Counted from the stretch's first letter, positions 21,592 through 32,748 are shown. The stretch is DNA of 64,000 bases from Terriglobia bacterium (GCA_963666975.2 CAXVYR010000004.1:2048001-2112000); one strand, 5' to 3'. The notes: generated by a model from the sequence alone, not told the origin. Made by a program: numbers and translations.

Positions 21592-22623
21592 ATGTCGCTG
21601 CAATCCATACCGAAAATCGAAGAAGACAACATTCGCGAACATCTGCAAAAGCTCCAGGTATATCGGGACTCGATCCTCCGCCAAGTCCGCCGCACAATCA
21701 TCGGTCAGGATGAGGTGGTCAACCAGGTATTGATCGTGCTGCTGGTGGGAGGCCACACCTTGATTACGGGCCTGCCGGGACTGGCCAAGACGCTGCTGGT
21801 CAAAACGGTTGCGCGCGCCCTGGGTTTGAGCTTCCACAGAATCCAGTTTACGCCGGACCTGATGCCCGCCGACATTACCGGCACCGACATTATCGAGGAA
21901 GACAAGAGCACCGGCCACCGGGCTTGGACCTTTGTGCCCGGACCGATCTTCGCCCAAGTAATTCTGGCCGACGAGATCAACCGCACGCCGCCGAAAACCC
22001 AGGCGGCGCTGCTCGAGGCGATGCAGGAGGGGAACGTCACGGTTTTGGGCAAGACCTACCCGCTGGAGCCGCCCTTCTTCGTGCTGGCCACCCAGAACCC
22101 CATTGAACTGGAGGGAACCTATCCGCTGCCGGAAGCGCAACTCGACCGCTTTATGTTCAACATCATTATTGATTACATGAACGAGGAGGAAGAACTGCAA
22201 GTGGTCAACGCCACAACTTCCACCGAGACGGCCTCGGTGGAAGCCGTCACCAGCGCCACCGAAGTCTTGCTGTTCCAGCAACTGATCCGCAAGGTTCCCA
22301 TTGCGGAGAGTGTGAGCCGCTACGCGGTGCAACTGGCGCGGGCCACCCGTCCCGGAAACGCGGCTGCGCCCGACTTCATCAAGCAATATGTCAACTATGG
22401 CGTCAGCGTCCGTGCCGCGCAGTATCTGGTTCTGGCGGGGAAAGCGCGCGCGCTGCTGGAAGGCCGTTACAACGTCTCCTGCAAGGACATTCAGCGGCTG
22501 GCCTTCCCCATCATGCGCCATCGTATCCTGACTAATTTTCATGCCGAGTCGGACGGCATCAACTCAGAGGAGATTATTCGCCGCTTGATCGAGAGCGTAC
22601 CGCAACCTCAGTCGGGGTTATGA
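21592..22623 (+). CDS. moxR: MoxR-family AAA+ ATPase
   Basis: GLPGLAKT, RIQFTPDLMPAD, ADEINRTPPKTQAALLEAMQE, ATQNPIE. Confidence 0.95.
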   Translation: MSLQSIPKIEEDNIREHLQKLQVYRDSILRQVRRTIIGQDEVVNQVLIVLLVGGHTLITGLPGLAKTLLVKTVARALGLSFHRIQFTPDLMPADITGTDIIEEDKSTGHRAWTFVPGPIFAQVILADEINRTPPKTQAALLEAMQEGNVTVLGKTYPLEPPFFVLATQNPIELEGTYPLPEAQLDRFMFNIIIDYMNEEEELQVVNATTSTETASVEAVTSATEVLLFQQLIRKVPIAESVSRYAVQLARATRPGNAAAPDFIKQYVNYGVSVRAAQYLVLAGKARALLEGRYNVSCKDIQRLAFPIMRHRILTNFHAESDGINSEEIIRRLIESVPQPQSGL

Positions 22624-22651
22624 CGGCGGCCCGTTCCACTCGGAATTCATT

Positions 22652-23578
22652 ATGGCTGCACCGGCACAACGGTTCCTGGACCCTAAAGTCTTAGCAAGGA
22701 TTTCGGACCTGCAATTGATCGCCAAGACCGTGGTGGCGGGATTCCTTACGGGCCTGCACCGCTCTCCTTATCACGGCGTCAGCATCGATTTCGCCGAGTA
22801 CCGCCCTTACACCCACGGGGACGACCCGCGGGCGGTGGACTGGAACGTCTATGCGCGGACCGACCGCTACTACATCAAGAAGTATCACGGGGAGACGAAC
22901 ACGGAGATTCATATCGTGCTCGATTCCAGCGCGTCCATGGGTTACAAATCAGGGGGATACAAATCGGGGGACAGCAAATCCGGCAACCTGACTAAATTCG
23001 AGTACGGCTGCTACCTGGCCGCCTCCCTGGCGTTTTTCGCCTCGCACCAGCGTGACGCGGTAGGACTGCTGCTTTTCGACACCCAGATCAGGCAGAGCAT
23101 CCCGGCCCGCGCCCGTCCCGGACAACTGGCGTGGATTCTCCATGAGCTCGACCGCGCGCGGCCCGCGAAGGGCACGGAGTTCTCCGGGCCTCTCCAAGAG
23201 GTCGCTCGCTTTATCCGGAAGCGCGGCGTGGTGGTCCTGATCTCGGATTTCATGGAGAGCCCGGAGCAGGTGCTCCGCGCCGTGCGGGAACTGCAATTTG
23301 AAGGAAACGACATCATCCTCTTCCATGTTCTGGACCCTGGGGAACTGGAATTCGAGCTGGACACGGCGGTCCTGCTGGAGGATATGGAGACCTCCGAGAA
23401 GCTGGAGGTGATTCCGGAGTACGTGGCCGAGCAATACCGGAAGCTGCTCCAGGAACACATTCGGGAACTTCGCCATGCTTGCCGCTCCGCCCGGATCGAT
23501 TACGAGTTGATGAACACGGGCCGTCCTCTGGACCACGCCTTGTTCAGCTACCTCTCGATGAGACAGAGAAGGATGTGA
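22652..23578 (+). CDS. DUF58 (VWA-like) protein
   Basis: GLHRSPYHG..FAEYRPY..GDD..DWNVYAR, LDSSASM, LISDF. Confidence 0.92.
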   Translation: MAAPAQRFLDPKVLARISDLQLIAKTVVAGFLTGLHRSPYHGVSIDFAEYRPYTHGDDPRAVDWNVYARTDRYYIKKYHGETNTEIHIVLDSSASMGYKSGGYKSGDSKSGNLTKFEYGCYLAASLAFFASHQRDAVGLLLFDTQIRQSIPARARPGQLAWILHELDRARPAKGTEFSGPLQEVARFIRKRGVVVLISDFMESPEQVLRAVRELQFEGNDIILFHVLDPGELEFELDTAVLLEDMETSEKLEVIPEYVAEQYRKLLQEHIRELRHACRSARIDYELMNTGRPLDHALFSYLSMRQRRM

Positions 23579-23581
23579 ATC

Positions 23582-25681
23582 GTGGGACTTCTTTCACCCT
23601 GGTTTTTGCTGGGCGCGCTGGCAGTGGGTGTTCCAATCTGGCTGCACCTGATTCGCCATGAGCAGGCGATTCGAATCCCGTTCAGTTCGCTGATGTTTTT
23701 CCGCCGCATCCCCAGGAAATCCGTCTCCCGGCAGCGGCTGAAATACCTACTGCTTCTGGCCACGCGCATCCTGGTTATTTTGCTGATTGTTTTGGCTTTC
23801 GCGCACCCTTATTTCCCGGGAGCCGCCCGGTTTCTCGCCGGGGGGGCGGACGGAAAGTATGTTGTTGTTTTGCTGGATACCTCGCTGAGCATGCAGCATG
23901 GGGACCGCTGGCAACGGGCGCTTGCTGCCGCCCGGGATGCGGTCGCGGGGCTCGCCGAGCAGGACCAGGCGCAGATCGTCACCTTTTCTTCCGGTTCCAA
24001 CATTTTGAACTTACCCTCTTCCGACAAGGCGGCTTTGCGGGCGGTTTTGGACGGCGTCGAGTCTCCCACCGCATCCACAACTTCTTACGCTCAAGCCTTC
24101 CGGGCCGTTGACAGAATCGCCGAAGACGCCGGACGCCCCGTATCGGTGGTTCTCATCTCCGACCTGCAAAAATCCGGCGTGGAACAGCAACAACACCGCT
24201 TGCAGGCTCCTTTGGCGGAGGCGCCGAAACTGGTGGACGTGGGCGGCGGGACGTCTCCCAACTGGACCGTGGAGGGTATCCGCAGCCGCAGAGTGATTTA
24301 TCAGGGCAACTATCCGGACCGGCTCCTGGTCCAAATTCGCGGATTCGATTCGCCCGCGGCATCCAAAGAAGTGGCCTTGTCGGTGAGCGGGAAATTGATA
24401 CAAAGCAAAACGGTTCCCATCCCTGCTTCCGGCATCGCCACCGTGGCCTTCGAGGGGTTCGACGTCCCCACCGGGAACAACAAAGGAGAAATCCGTATCA
24501 CCCCTTCCGACGATCTGGCCGTGGACGACGCCTTTCACTTTACTCTGGAGCGCCGCAATCCCAACCGCATCTTATTTATTCAAGACGGCAGGGAAAACCG
24601 TGAGTTATACTACTTTCGGACGGCTCTGGCAGCGGAACCGGATTCTCCTTTTCGGATTGAGGCGCGGACTCCTGCGCAGGCAGCATCGCAAGACTTAGGA
24701 AACTATGCGATGGTAGTGCTTAGCAATGTCGCAAATCTTCCCGGCTCTCTGGCGTCGGATCTGGCCAGCTTCGTCCAAGCCGGCGGGGGCGCGTTTTTTA
24801 CGATGGGCACCCGTTTCCCGGCTCCGTCGCTTGAAAACCAGTTGAGCGAACTTTGGCCGGGAAAAAGCATTGCGAAGCAAGTGATGACGCGGGACGGCGA
24901 GAGGCTGATTCTGGTGGGAGAATTTGACGAGCAACATCCGTTGTTCCGGGAATTTCAGCAGGCGGGGGCGGAATCTTTGCGGGCGGCTGAAATATACGCT
25001 TACGTCCGCGTTCAGCCTCAGGGCGAGGTGCTGCTGCGGTTTGCCAACGGCGACCCGGCGCTTCTCGAAAAACAGTACGGAAGAGGGCGTGTCTTGCTGT
25101 TCACCTCTTCTTTTGACAATGTGTGGAGCGACTTCCCGCTGCACCCGGCCTTCATTCCGTTGGTTCATCAGTTGGCCCGTTACACGACCCAACTGCCGGA
25201 TGAACCGCCTGCCCATTCGATTCCGACGACCGTCTCGCTCAACGACTACGCTACGGGACGGCAAGAGACGACCCGGGCGGGGACATGGAATGTGATCGGT
25301 CCGGATGGAAAACGAGAGGTGCCCTTGGCGGAGGAGTTGCGGCCCGACTTCCTTGTTTTGCGGCAGCCTGGATTCTATGAAGTCCGCCGGGAGGAAAGTT
25401 CGCATTTGATCGCCGCCAATACAGACCCGAGGGAGTCGGACCTGACCCCTCTCGCCCCGGAAGACCGGGCGTTCTGGACAGCCAGTTACCAAGAGGGACA
25501 GGAGGCCACCGGCGCTTCCGCCGGCCCGGAGCTTGCCCAGCGGCAAAAGGTTTGGTGGTATGTGCTGCTGCTGGCTCTTCTGGTAGCGGTGGCGGAAGCC
25601 TGTCTGGCAAATCAATATCTGGGTGCGCAGAGGACGGCCCTATCTCCGGGAAAAACCCAGGGGGAGTCTTATGCCGGCTAA
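23582..25681 (+). CDS. BatA-domain / VWA membrane protein
   Basis: PWFLLG..PIWLHL..FSSLMF BatA N-terminus; LLDTSLSM; ANTDPRESDL; C-terminal TM. Confidence 0.85.
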   Translation: MGLLSPWFLLGALAVGVPIWLHLIRHEQAIRIPFSSLMFFRRIPRKSVSRQRLKYLLLLATRILVILLIVLAFAHPYFPGAARFLAGGADGKYVVVLLDTSLSMQHGDRWQRALAAARDAVAGLAEQDQAQIVTFSSGSNILNLPSSDKAALRAVLDGVESPTASTTSYAQAFRAVDRIAEDAGRPVSVVLISDLQKSGVEQQQHRLQAPLAEAPKLVDVGGGTSPNWTVEGIRSRRVIYQGNYPDRLLVQIRGFDSPAASKEVALSVSGKLIQSKTVPIPASGIATVAFEGFDVPTGNNKGEIRITPSDDLAVDDAFHFTLERRNPNRILFIQDGRENRELYYFRTALAAEPDSPFRIEARTPAQAASQDLGNYAMVVLSNVANLPGSLASDLASFVQAGGGAFFTMGTRFPAPSLENQLSELWPGKSIAKQVMTRDGERLILVGEFDEQHPLFREFQQAGAESLRAAEIYAYVRVQPQGEVLLRFANGDPALLEKQYGRGRVLLFTSSFDNVWSDFPLHPAFIPLVHQLARYTTQLPDEPPAHSIPTTVSLNDYATGRQETTRAGTWNVIGPDGKREVPLAEELRPDFLVLRQPGFYEVRREESSHLIAANTDPRESDLTPLAPEDRAFWTASYQEGQEATGASAGPELAQRQKVWWYVLLLALLVAVAEACLANQYLGAQRTALSPGKTQGESYAG

Positions 25682-28600
25682 AGAATATCTCCGAAACTAC
25701 CTGCGCACGGTGCGCCGCCGTTTGCGGCTGGAGGCGGCTGCCCGCGGGCTGGCTGTCTGCGGCCTGGCGGCTTTACTGCTGACGGTGGCGACGGTATGGC
25801 TGAGTGACGCCTGGAGGTTCTCAGACGCCATCATCACTTTTTCGAGGATCGTTCTGTTGCTGGGCACCGGCCTGGCGCTGGCGGTGTTCCTGGTGCGTCC
25901 GTTGCTGCGCCGTCTCAATGACGCCCGCATTGCGCGCTTCGTCGAGGAGAAGCAGCCACGGTTCCAGGACCGCCTCGTCACGGCTGTGGACATGGAAGAC
26001 AAGCTGCCACAAGAGAACAGCTCCCGCCTCTTCCGGGAATTGGTGGCGGAAGACGCTCTGGCGGAGACCGCCACGGCGCCCCCGGCCGGGCTGGTTCAAA
26101 CCAGCCGGATTCTGCGGCCTTTGTTCTTTGCGGCAACTTCTGTCGCAGTTCTGCTTCTGCTCTCTTTCTTTGGGCCTGGCTTTTTCCGCTACGGCGCGAA
26201 TATTCTGTGGATGGGATGGGCTCAAGATAACGTGCAGGCTCTCTACGAATGGGAGATATTGCCCGGCGACCTGGTGGTGGGACGAAACTCGGATCAAGAA
26301 GTGGCCGCCTTTCCCGTCGGCTTCCATCCCGGGACGGCGCGCTTTTTCGCCCTCTATGAGAGCGATGCCGACTGGGACTCCGCTGCGATGCTCCCGGAGG
26401 AACAAGGCGGAGGCTTCCAGTTCCTTCTGATGAATATTCGGGAGCCCGTCCAATACTACGTGGAAGCCGACGGGGTTCGCTCGCCACAATTCACGATCTC
26501 CGTTACGGACGTGCCCCGCGTGGAACGCATGGAGATCACCTACCACTACCCGGCCTATACGGGCATGCGGGACACGGTGGAAACCGAGGGGGGCGACATC
26601 ATCGCATTGCGCGGCACTACCGTCACCCTGGTTGCCTACACGGACGTGCCGGCCACGGGCGGTCAGATGGTCTTTGATGACGGGACCAGCATGGACCTGA
26701 AACCTTTGGGAGAGCGTGAACTGGAGGCAACGCTGGAAATTTCCCGCGACTCGTTTTATCACATCCGTCTGCGGGACCATCTGGGCAAGCAAGCGCGCGC
26801 CACCCATGAGTACCTGATTCAGGCGCTCGCGGATTCTCCGCCCACCCTGCGGCTCAGCCGCCCCGGACGCGACATGCAGCCGAATCCGATTGAGGAGGTC
26901 GTCACGGAATTTGAAGCGGAAGATGACGTCCGGCTGGCCGCGATGGAACTGCACTATTTCGTCAACGGCGGCCCGGAACAAACCGCGGTTCTCAGCCAGG
27001 GAGGCCGGAACCGGCAAGTTTCAGCGGACCACACCTTGTTCCTGGAGAACTTCCAATTGATCCCCGGCGATTTAGTTTCTTTCTATGGCGTCGCCAAGGA
27101 TGCAGCGGCCAACCTCACCCAGACGGAGATGTTCTTCCTGCAAGTGCGTCCCTTCGAAAAATCCTACCGGCAGTCTCAGGCAGGCGGAGGCGGCGGCGGG
27201 GGAGGCGGCGAGATGGACAACACGTTCCTCTCCGAGCGGCAGAAGGAAGTGATCTCGGCCACATGGAACGTGATCCGGAAGAAAGATCAGCAGCGGGCGG
27301 ATGCCACTGCGGAAGAAGCGGAGATGTTGTCTTCCGTCCAGCGCACCCTGAAGGAACAGGCGGAGACTTTGGCCTCCCGGGTGAGCCGGCGGCAGCTCGG
27401 CGGCGTCAATGAGGAGTTCGGCAAGCTGGTCGAGAATTTGAAAAAAGCGGCGGAGTCGATGGCGCCCGCTGCCGACTTTTTGGAGAAACAGGAATTCCGT
27501 GAGGCTCTTTCTCCGGAACAAACGGCTCTCCAGCATTTAATGCGGGCTGAAGCGCTGTATCGCGAGATTCAGGTGGCTTTTGGAAGCCAGGGCGGAGGCC
27601 GTGGAGGCGCCGGAAACTCCGGGCGGGACTTGGCCGACTTGTTCGATTTGGAGCTGGACACCGACAAAAACCAATATGAAATGCTGCAAGAGCGCGGGCG
27701 CAGCCAAAACAACGCGGAACTGGATGACGTGATGCGCAAGCTGAAGGAACTGGCCCGCCGCCAGGAGGAACTGGCCCGGCGCGAACCGGAGAAGCCCAAG
27801 GATTCCATGCGCGCTGCCAAACGTTGGGAACAGGAGATGCTGCGGCGGGAAGCCGAAGACCTGGCGCGCCGCCTGGAGCAGTTATCCCGGGAGTCCAACT
27901 CTTCCCAGATGGCTCAGGCCAGCAAAGCGCTCTCGCAGGCTGCGCGAGACATGCAGCAGGCGGGAAGCCAGCAAGGCTCCGACAACCGCTCGGAAACGGC
28001 TCGCGCCCTGGAGCGGATTCGCGAGGCGAACGATCTGCTTTCCGGCCAGCAACGGCAGTGGGACGAGCAATTGATGCAGCGTTTGGCAGATAACACCGAT
28101 CAGGTGGTCCGCCAGCAAGCAAAGATCACCGAGGATATCGACGGCGCTGCCGGGCGGCTGGGCAACGAAGAGCGCGTGGAGGCCGGGCTGGAAACGCTGC
28201 GCGAGGTGATGAAGGACAAGGCCGAACTGCTGGAGTCGCTCGGGAATCTCGAACGGCAAATCAACGAAGCAGCCCAGCGCATGGCTGCCAGCCAGCGGAA
28301 GGCCGCCCAAAAACTGCGTGGCGCCTCCTCCATGATTCAGGAGGAGCGCATGGGAGACAAACTCCGCCAGGGCGCCTGGCTGGCAAGGCGGGGGATGTGG
28401 CCGATGGCGGCCACGCGGGAAAAAGAGTTGCAGGCCAACACGGAGCAGTTGCGGGACCGCGTGAGAGATGCCCAGAATTCTCTGGAACAGCCGGGATCGG
28501 ACGAGAATCTAAAACAGGCTCTGCGGGCTGCCGAACAACTGCGGCAGGAGCTGGAATCCCTGGAGCGGCAGCAAAGGCGCTCGCCCGGCAACTCCGAAAA

Positions 28601-29171
28601 CCGTGAAGGACAACAGGGCAGGCAAGGTTCAGAAGGACAAGGTTCGGAAGACCAAGGTTCGCAGGCAAGGGGAGGCCAGCAAGCCGGAGAAGGTTCCATG
28701 GGCCGGGCCGGCGGAAGCCCCTTGGGAGGCCGGAGAGACAGCCGGTCTCGAGCCGCTGGAGGAGCAGCAGGACGCTACCGCGGGGACGAAGCTTGGAACC
28801 GAGGAGACTACCGGCCGTTGCCCCCGCAGGAACAAAGGCAAATCGACCGGCAGTACCGGGAACTGACCCAAGAAGCCTCCGAGTTGCGGCAGTTGTTCTC
28901 CGAAGACCCGGAGTTCGACAACATAGTCCGGGACTTGATCAGCTCCATGCAGAATCTGGACAGGGGAAGATTCCCCGGCAATCCCGGGGAGCTGGAGCGC
29001 CTGCGGGCGGGCCTCATCGACCGTTGGAAGGAATTGGAGTTGCGCCTCAGCCGCCAGCTCCAGATGGATCAATCCGGCGCGGTGCGGCTGAGCGGCCTGG
29101 AGCGGATTCCGGAAAGATACCGTTCCATCCTGGAGGAATACTACCGTTCCATCTCCCGTGGCGAACGCTAG
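25671..29171 (+). CDS. DUF4175-like large membrane / coiled-coil protein
   Basis: N-terminal TMs, Ig-like middle, long Q/E/R coiled coil, ends PERYRSILEEYYRSI. Confidence 0.75.
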   Translation: MPAKEYLRNYLRTVRRRLRLEAAARGLAVCGLAALLLTVATVWLSDAWRFSDAIITFSRIVLLLGTGLALAVFLVRPLLRRLNDARIARFVEEKQPRFQDRLVTAVDMEDKLPQENSSRLFRELVAEDALAETATAPPAGLVQTSRILRPLFFAATSVAVLLLLSFFGPGFFRYGANILWMGWAQDNVQALYEWEILPGDLVVGRNSDQEVAAFPVGFHPGTARFFALYESDADWDSAAMLPEEQGGGFQFLLMNIREPVQYYVEADGVRSPQFTISVTDVPRVERMEITYHYPAYTGMRDTVETEGGDIIALRGTTVTLVAYTDVPATGGQMVFDDGTSMDLKPLGERELEATLEISRDSFYHIRLRDHLGKQARATHEYLIQALADSPPTLRLSRPGRDMQPNPIEEVVTEFEAEDDVRLAAMELHYFVNGGPEQTAVLSQGGRNRQVSADHTLFLENFQLIPGDLVSFYGVAKDAAANLTQTEMFFLQVRPFEKSYRQSQAGGGGGGGGGEMDNTFLSERQKEVISATWNVIRKKDQQRADATAEEAEMLSSVQRTLKEQAETLASRVSRRQLGGVNEEFGKLVENLKKAAESMAPAADFLEKQEFREALSPEQTALQHLMRAEALYREIQVAFGSQGGGRGGAGNSGRDLADLFDLELDTDKNQYEMLQERGRSQNNAELDDVMRKLKELARRQEELARREPEKPKDSMRAAKRWEQEMLRREAEDLARRLEQLSRESNSSQMAQASKALSQAARDMQQAGSQQGSDNRSETARALERIREANDLLSGQQRQWDEQLMQRLADNTDQVVRQQAKITEDIDGAAGRLGNEERVEAGLETLREVMKDKAELLESLGNLERQINEAAQRMAASQRKAAQKLRGASSMIQEERMGDKLRQGAWLARRGMWPMAATREKELQANTEQLRDRVRDAQNSLEQPGSDENLKQALRAAEQLRQELESLERQQRRSPGNSENREGQQGRQGSEGQGSEDQGSQARGGQQAGEGSMGRAGGSPLGGRRDSRSRAAGGAAGRYRGDEAWNRGDYRPLPPQEQRQIDRQYRELTQEASELRQLFSEDPEFDNIVRDLISSMQNLDRGRFPGNPGELERLRAGLIDRWKELELRLSRQLQMDQSGAVRLSGLERIPERYRSILEEYYRSISRGER

Positions 29172-29276
29172 CCTTCCTGCGTTATACTCTTGCTTTCGCT
29201 GGCCCGGTTCGCGAAGGGTTTCGTTTGACTTCGTCTAAGAGTCCGGAACGGAAAATCCCAACAAGCGGTTCTTTAC

Positions 29277-29654
29277 GTGGAAAAAAAACAACCTGAACAG
29301 CCGAACCAGACAGACACAAACACAAACATCGAAAGGCGCAGGCAAAAGCGTGTTCCTTTAGATATACTTTTGCACTGCCAATCGGCCCAGACGCTGATTG
29401 AAGGCAAGACGGAAAATATCAGCATCAGCGGCATCCTGGTCCGGACGGAGAAGACGCTCCCAGAGGGTGAGGAGATTGATCTTTTCTTCACCGTGCCCGG
29501 CATGACGCAAGGGATCCAGGCACAGGGGCGAGTGGCGCATGTAGTGCCCGGCGCGTTCATGGGCGTGCAATTCGTGAATCTTTCACCGGAATCCACCCAG
29601 CAGATCGAGCAGTACGTAGCCGCGCAATCGGACCCGGAAGCGGGCCAGGCCTAA
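29277..29654 (+). CDS. PilZ-domain protein
   Basis: ERRRQKR (RxxxR) and NISISG (D/NxSxxG) c-di-GMP motifs. Confidence 0.9.
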   Translation: MEKKQPEQPNQTDTNTNIERRRQKRVPLDILLHCQSAQTLIEGKTENISISGILVRTEKTLPEGEEIDLFFTVPGMTQGIQAQGRVAHVVPGAFMGVQFVNLSPESTQQIEQYVAAQSDPEAGQA

Positions 29655-29752
29655 TTCAAAAAAGCTGAACCATGCTTCCGGAACCTTTACCGCTATGCGA
29701 TGCCGGCCATGAAAGTCCCTCCTGGAGACTATCCTCCCCCGGTTGAGATAAC

Positions 29753-30245
29753 TCATTCCAGCAGCCCGAGAACCCGCCAATACCAAACAGAAAGCGTGAG
29801 CGTGCACAGGGCCGTCGGAAAGCGGGCGGGCGCCATGCGAACCCGGTGCGCGCCTTGATGGGCCAGGTTGCCCGTCATCCCTTCGAGCATCGCAATCCAA
29901 ATGTTCTGGCAGGTCATCCAGAAGGGGTGTCCGAGGAACAGCAAGGGAGTAATCAGCACAATCGGAGAGTCGCGCAGAAGAGATGAGACGGGGAGAAATA
30001 AAATAGTCATGCTGAAAAAACCGGCTGGGTCGGTGAACTTCAGAGCGAACATGGCCAAAGCCATGACCACCGCCAAAACCAGGGCATTGCCGGAGACGTT
30101 TTGGATTACCGGAACAATGTATCCCGCCAGCCAGTCGGTAACCTGATGCTCCTCCCAGGAACAGCATCAGCGGCCACGGCACGGCGGTTTCGAAATCCTT
30201 CTCTTGCAGAATTCCGAAGGCCGCAAACGCCGCCAGCGCCGGCAG
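29753..30245 (-). pseudogene. Anion permease (SLC13/DASS-like) C-terminal remnant
   Basis: FAAFGILQEKDFETAVPWPLMLFLG in one frame, hydrophobic continuation ending YWRVLGLL in another; no 5' part. Confidence 0.55.
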
Positions 30246-30887
30246 GCCGATTCCGAGCCGCGACCGTGAGGGAGCGGACAAATGGTGTTTTTCAACAACC
30301 TGTTAGAGAGCTTCTTTTCACACCGCCTCCTTGCCCCGGTAAAACAAGCTTGGCTTCGCGGCTAGAAGGTCTGCAAGAAGGGAAACTGGAGAACTTTCCG
30401 GCGTTTCTGCATAAGAAACCACCCTCTCTCCACCTCACACGGATATGAGCACACCAGATGCCACATGCGTCCCCCTGGCTGCCTAGCTAAGCTGTTGGCC
30501 AGTTTGAAAACCTTCGCAAACTTAGCAATGGGCTCCATCATCAAGGTAGCTGCTTATGGGTAGGAATCCACAACGAGTGAGTGATTTTTTCCAAGCCTGG
30601 AAGGACATAGTGCTCTGGGCCCGCCGGGAACGCGGACTTCGCCGTCTGCTCTATTTGCTGCTCACCCTGGGAGCAACCACATTTCCGAGCGCGCGGTGGA
30701 GTTTGACCGCAAGGCGGTCCGCCGGATCACTCTGCTGGGGATTCCCTCGGCCTTTCTGCTGCACGGCTACGTGGGGTTTCTCTTTGGCTCTGTGAAGGCC
30801 AATCCCTGGTTGACCTGCCCCCCATAAATTGGTCCAGTTGACAAGTTAGAGTTTAGGGTACGGACTGGACTGAGGAAGGGGGAGAGG

Positions 30888-31166
30888 ATGCCGAAGAAGC
30901 GATATACAGCCGAACAGATCATCCGACATCTACGAGAGGCGGAAGTGGAACTGGCTAAGGGCCAGACAACCGGAGAGGTCTGTCGGAAGTTGGGAATCAC
31001 GGAACAGACATATTATCGATGGCGGAAGGAGTACGGGAGCTTACGGGTTGATCAGGTGAGGCGTCTGAAGGAACTGGAACGGGAGAATGGCCGACTGAAG
31101 AAGTTGGTAGCGGATCAGGCGTTGGACCTTGCGATACTGAAGGAGGCATCCTCGGGAAACTTCTGA
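30888..31166 (+). CDS. IS3 transposase OrfA
   Basis: HTH VCRKLGITEQTYYRWRKEYG, leucine zipper, GGGAAAC slippery site. Confidence 0.9.
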   Translation: MPKKRYTAEQIIRHLREAEVELAKGQTTGEVCRKLGITEQTYYRWRKEYGSLRVDQVRRLKELERENGRLKKLVADQALDLAILKEASSGNF

Positions 31167-31196
31167 GCCCGCGCCGACGGAGGCAGGCAGTGGAGC

Positions 31197-32036
31197 ATGT
31201 CTGCCAGACCTTGGGAGCGGCGGGCGTGTCGAGTGCTGAAGCAGTATCGATCCACACAGCGGCGTCGAAGCTGGGCACCACAGGATGAACCGAGACTGGT
31301 AACCCGGACGCTGCAGCTAGCCGGCGAGTACGGCCGTTACGGCTACCGGCGGATCACGGCGTTGTTGAGACGGGAGGGGTGGCAAGTGAACCATAAGCGT
31401 GTGGAGAGAATCTGGCGGCAGGAGGGGCTGAAAGTGCCGAAGAAACAACCCCGAAGAGGCCGACTGTGGTTGAACGATGGGTCGTGCCTTCGGTTACGAC
31501 CGTGTTGGCCGGATCATGTCTGGGCATACGATTTTGTGGCAGATCGAACCCGGGACGGTCGTCCACTGAAGATGTTGACGGTGGTGGATGAGTACACGCG
31601 AGAGTGTTTGGCGATCGACGTAGAACGGCGAGCCGATTCGATGAGTGTTTTGGAACGGCTGGCAGCCTTGTTTGTGGAGCGGGGAGTTACCGATTACCTT
31701 CGCTCGGATAATGGGTCCGAGTTCACAGCACGGTTGGTGCGGAACTGGCTGGAGCGGGTAGGGGTGAAAACCCTCTTCATCGCGCCTGGGAGCCCATGGG
31801 AAAACGGGTATGTAGAATCGTTTAACGGAAAATTACGAGACGAGTTTCTGAATAGAGTGATCTTCTACACTTTGCGGGAAGCAAAGGTGTTGATTGAGGG
31901 ATGGCGGCGGGAGTATAACAAGGTTCGCCCGCACAGCGCGTTGGGCTACCGACCGCCAGCCCCGGAAGTGATCCTGCCGTTACTGCCGGGTTCCGCTCCG
32001 CTCCACCCGGCTGCAACGGCGTATGGTCTAACATAG
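31197..32036 (+). CDS. IS3 transposase OrfB (DDE); extra frame break near 31215
   Basis: WAYDF, LRSDNGSEF, SPWENGYVESFNGKLRDE. Confidence 0.88.
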   Translation: MSARPWERRACRVLKQYRSTQRRRSWAPQDEPRLVTRTLQLAGEYGRYGYRRITALLRREGWQVNHKRVERIWRQEGLKVPKKQPRRGRLWLNDGSCLRLRPCWPDHVWAYDFVADRTRDGRPLKMLTVVDEYTRECLAIDVERRADSMSVLERLAALFVERGVTDYLRSDNGSEFTARLVRNWLERVGVKTLFIAPGSPWENGYVESFNGKLRDEFLNRVIFYTLREAKVLIEGWRREYNKVRPHSALGYRPPAPEVILPLLPGSAPLHPAATAYGLT

Positions 32037-32748
32037 ATAGTGGACCAATAACCGGGGGCAGGTCATGGTGGAGCAGCGTGCTGATCCCCATCGTATTTCT
32101 GTTTTCCGCCATCGTCTCCGGAATCGCGCTGGTACTGGTCATTTATCTATTGTCAGGCCTGGTGCGCAAAATCCTGGACATGGCTTGCCTGGATAAGCTG
32201 GCCATGTTTCCTTTCTATGCCCTGGTTGTGGATTTCTCTTTGGAAATTCTGGATTTCGTCCACTGGCTCTATGAGGCGGAAGAATCCATACAGATTCTCT
32301 CTCAGATGATCGCCAGCCGCCTGTTCCTCAGCCTGGTGGTGTTGCAGGCGCTGCTCGGCACCATGTTTCCGCTGGTCTGTCTGGCGCTGGTGGGCCCGGT
32401 CTTTGGGAGCCGCGCAATCGTTCAGGTCCCGGGAGAGCTCCGGAGGCTTCTCTACCTTGTGGCCGCCGTGCTGATACAGGTTGGCATATTCAGCACTCGC
32501 TGGAACGTGGTGATCGGAGGCCAATTGTTCTCGAAAAGCCTCCGCGGGCTGACCGTCTATAAGATGGAATTGCTGGGGGCTGGAAGGTTTCTTTATGTCC
32601 GCGCTGCTGCTGCTGGCGCCGTTTGTTTTACTCTATATCTTCGTTAAAATCCTGCCGCCTTGGATGGAAGACGCTGCCTAGCAGGTTGTTATCTACCGTG
32701 TCCGAGCCGACGCCGCGATGTCCAAACAGCCCGTGTGGACTCCCGTTA

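Larger units (their letters stand above)
30811..32065 (+). mobile_element. IS3-family element (IS407-like group)
   Basis: Inverted repeats tgacctgccccc / gggggcaggtca; 4-bp target duplication TGGT on both sides; orfA/orfB layout. Confidence 0.93.
30598..32681 (+). pseudogene. nrfD: NrfD/polysulfide-reductase membrane subunit, 5'-truncated, frameshifted and IS-interrupted
   Basis: GIPSAFLLHGYVGFLFGSVKANPW before the IS resumes as WSSVLIPIVFLFSAIVSGIAL..RWNVVIGGQ after it. Confidence 0.75.

Noticed and set aside
21223-22542. Long antisense ORFs (also 11442-12608, 25821-27017, 8579-9688 and others)
   Set aside because: Shadow frames of high-GC genes with no recognisable motifs
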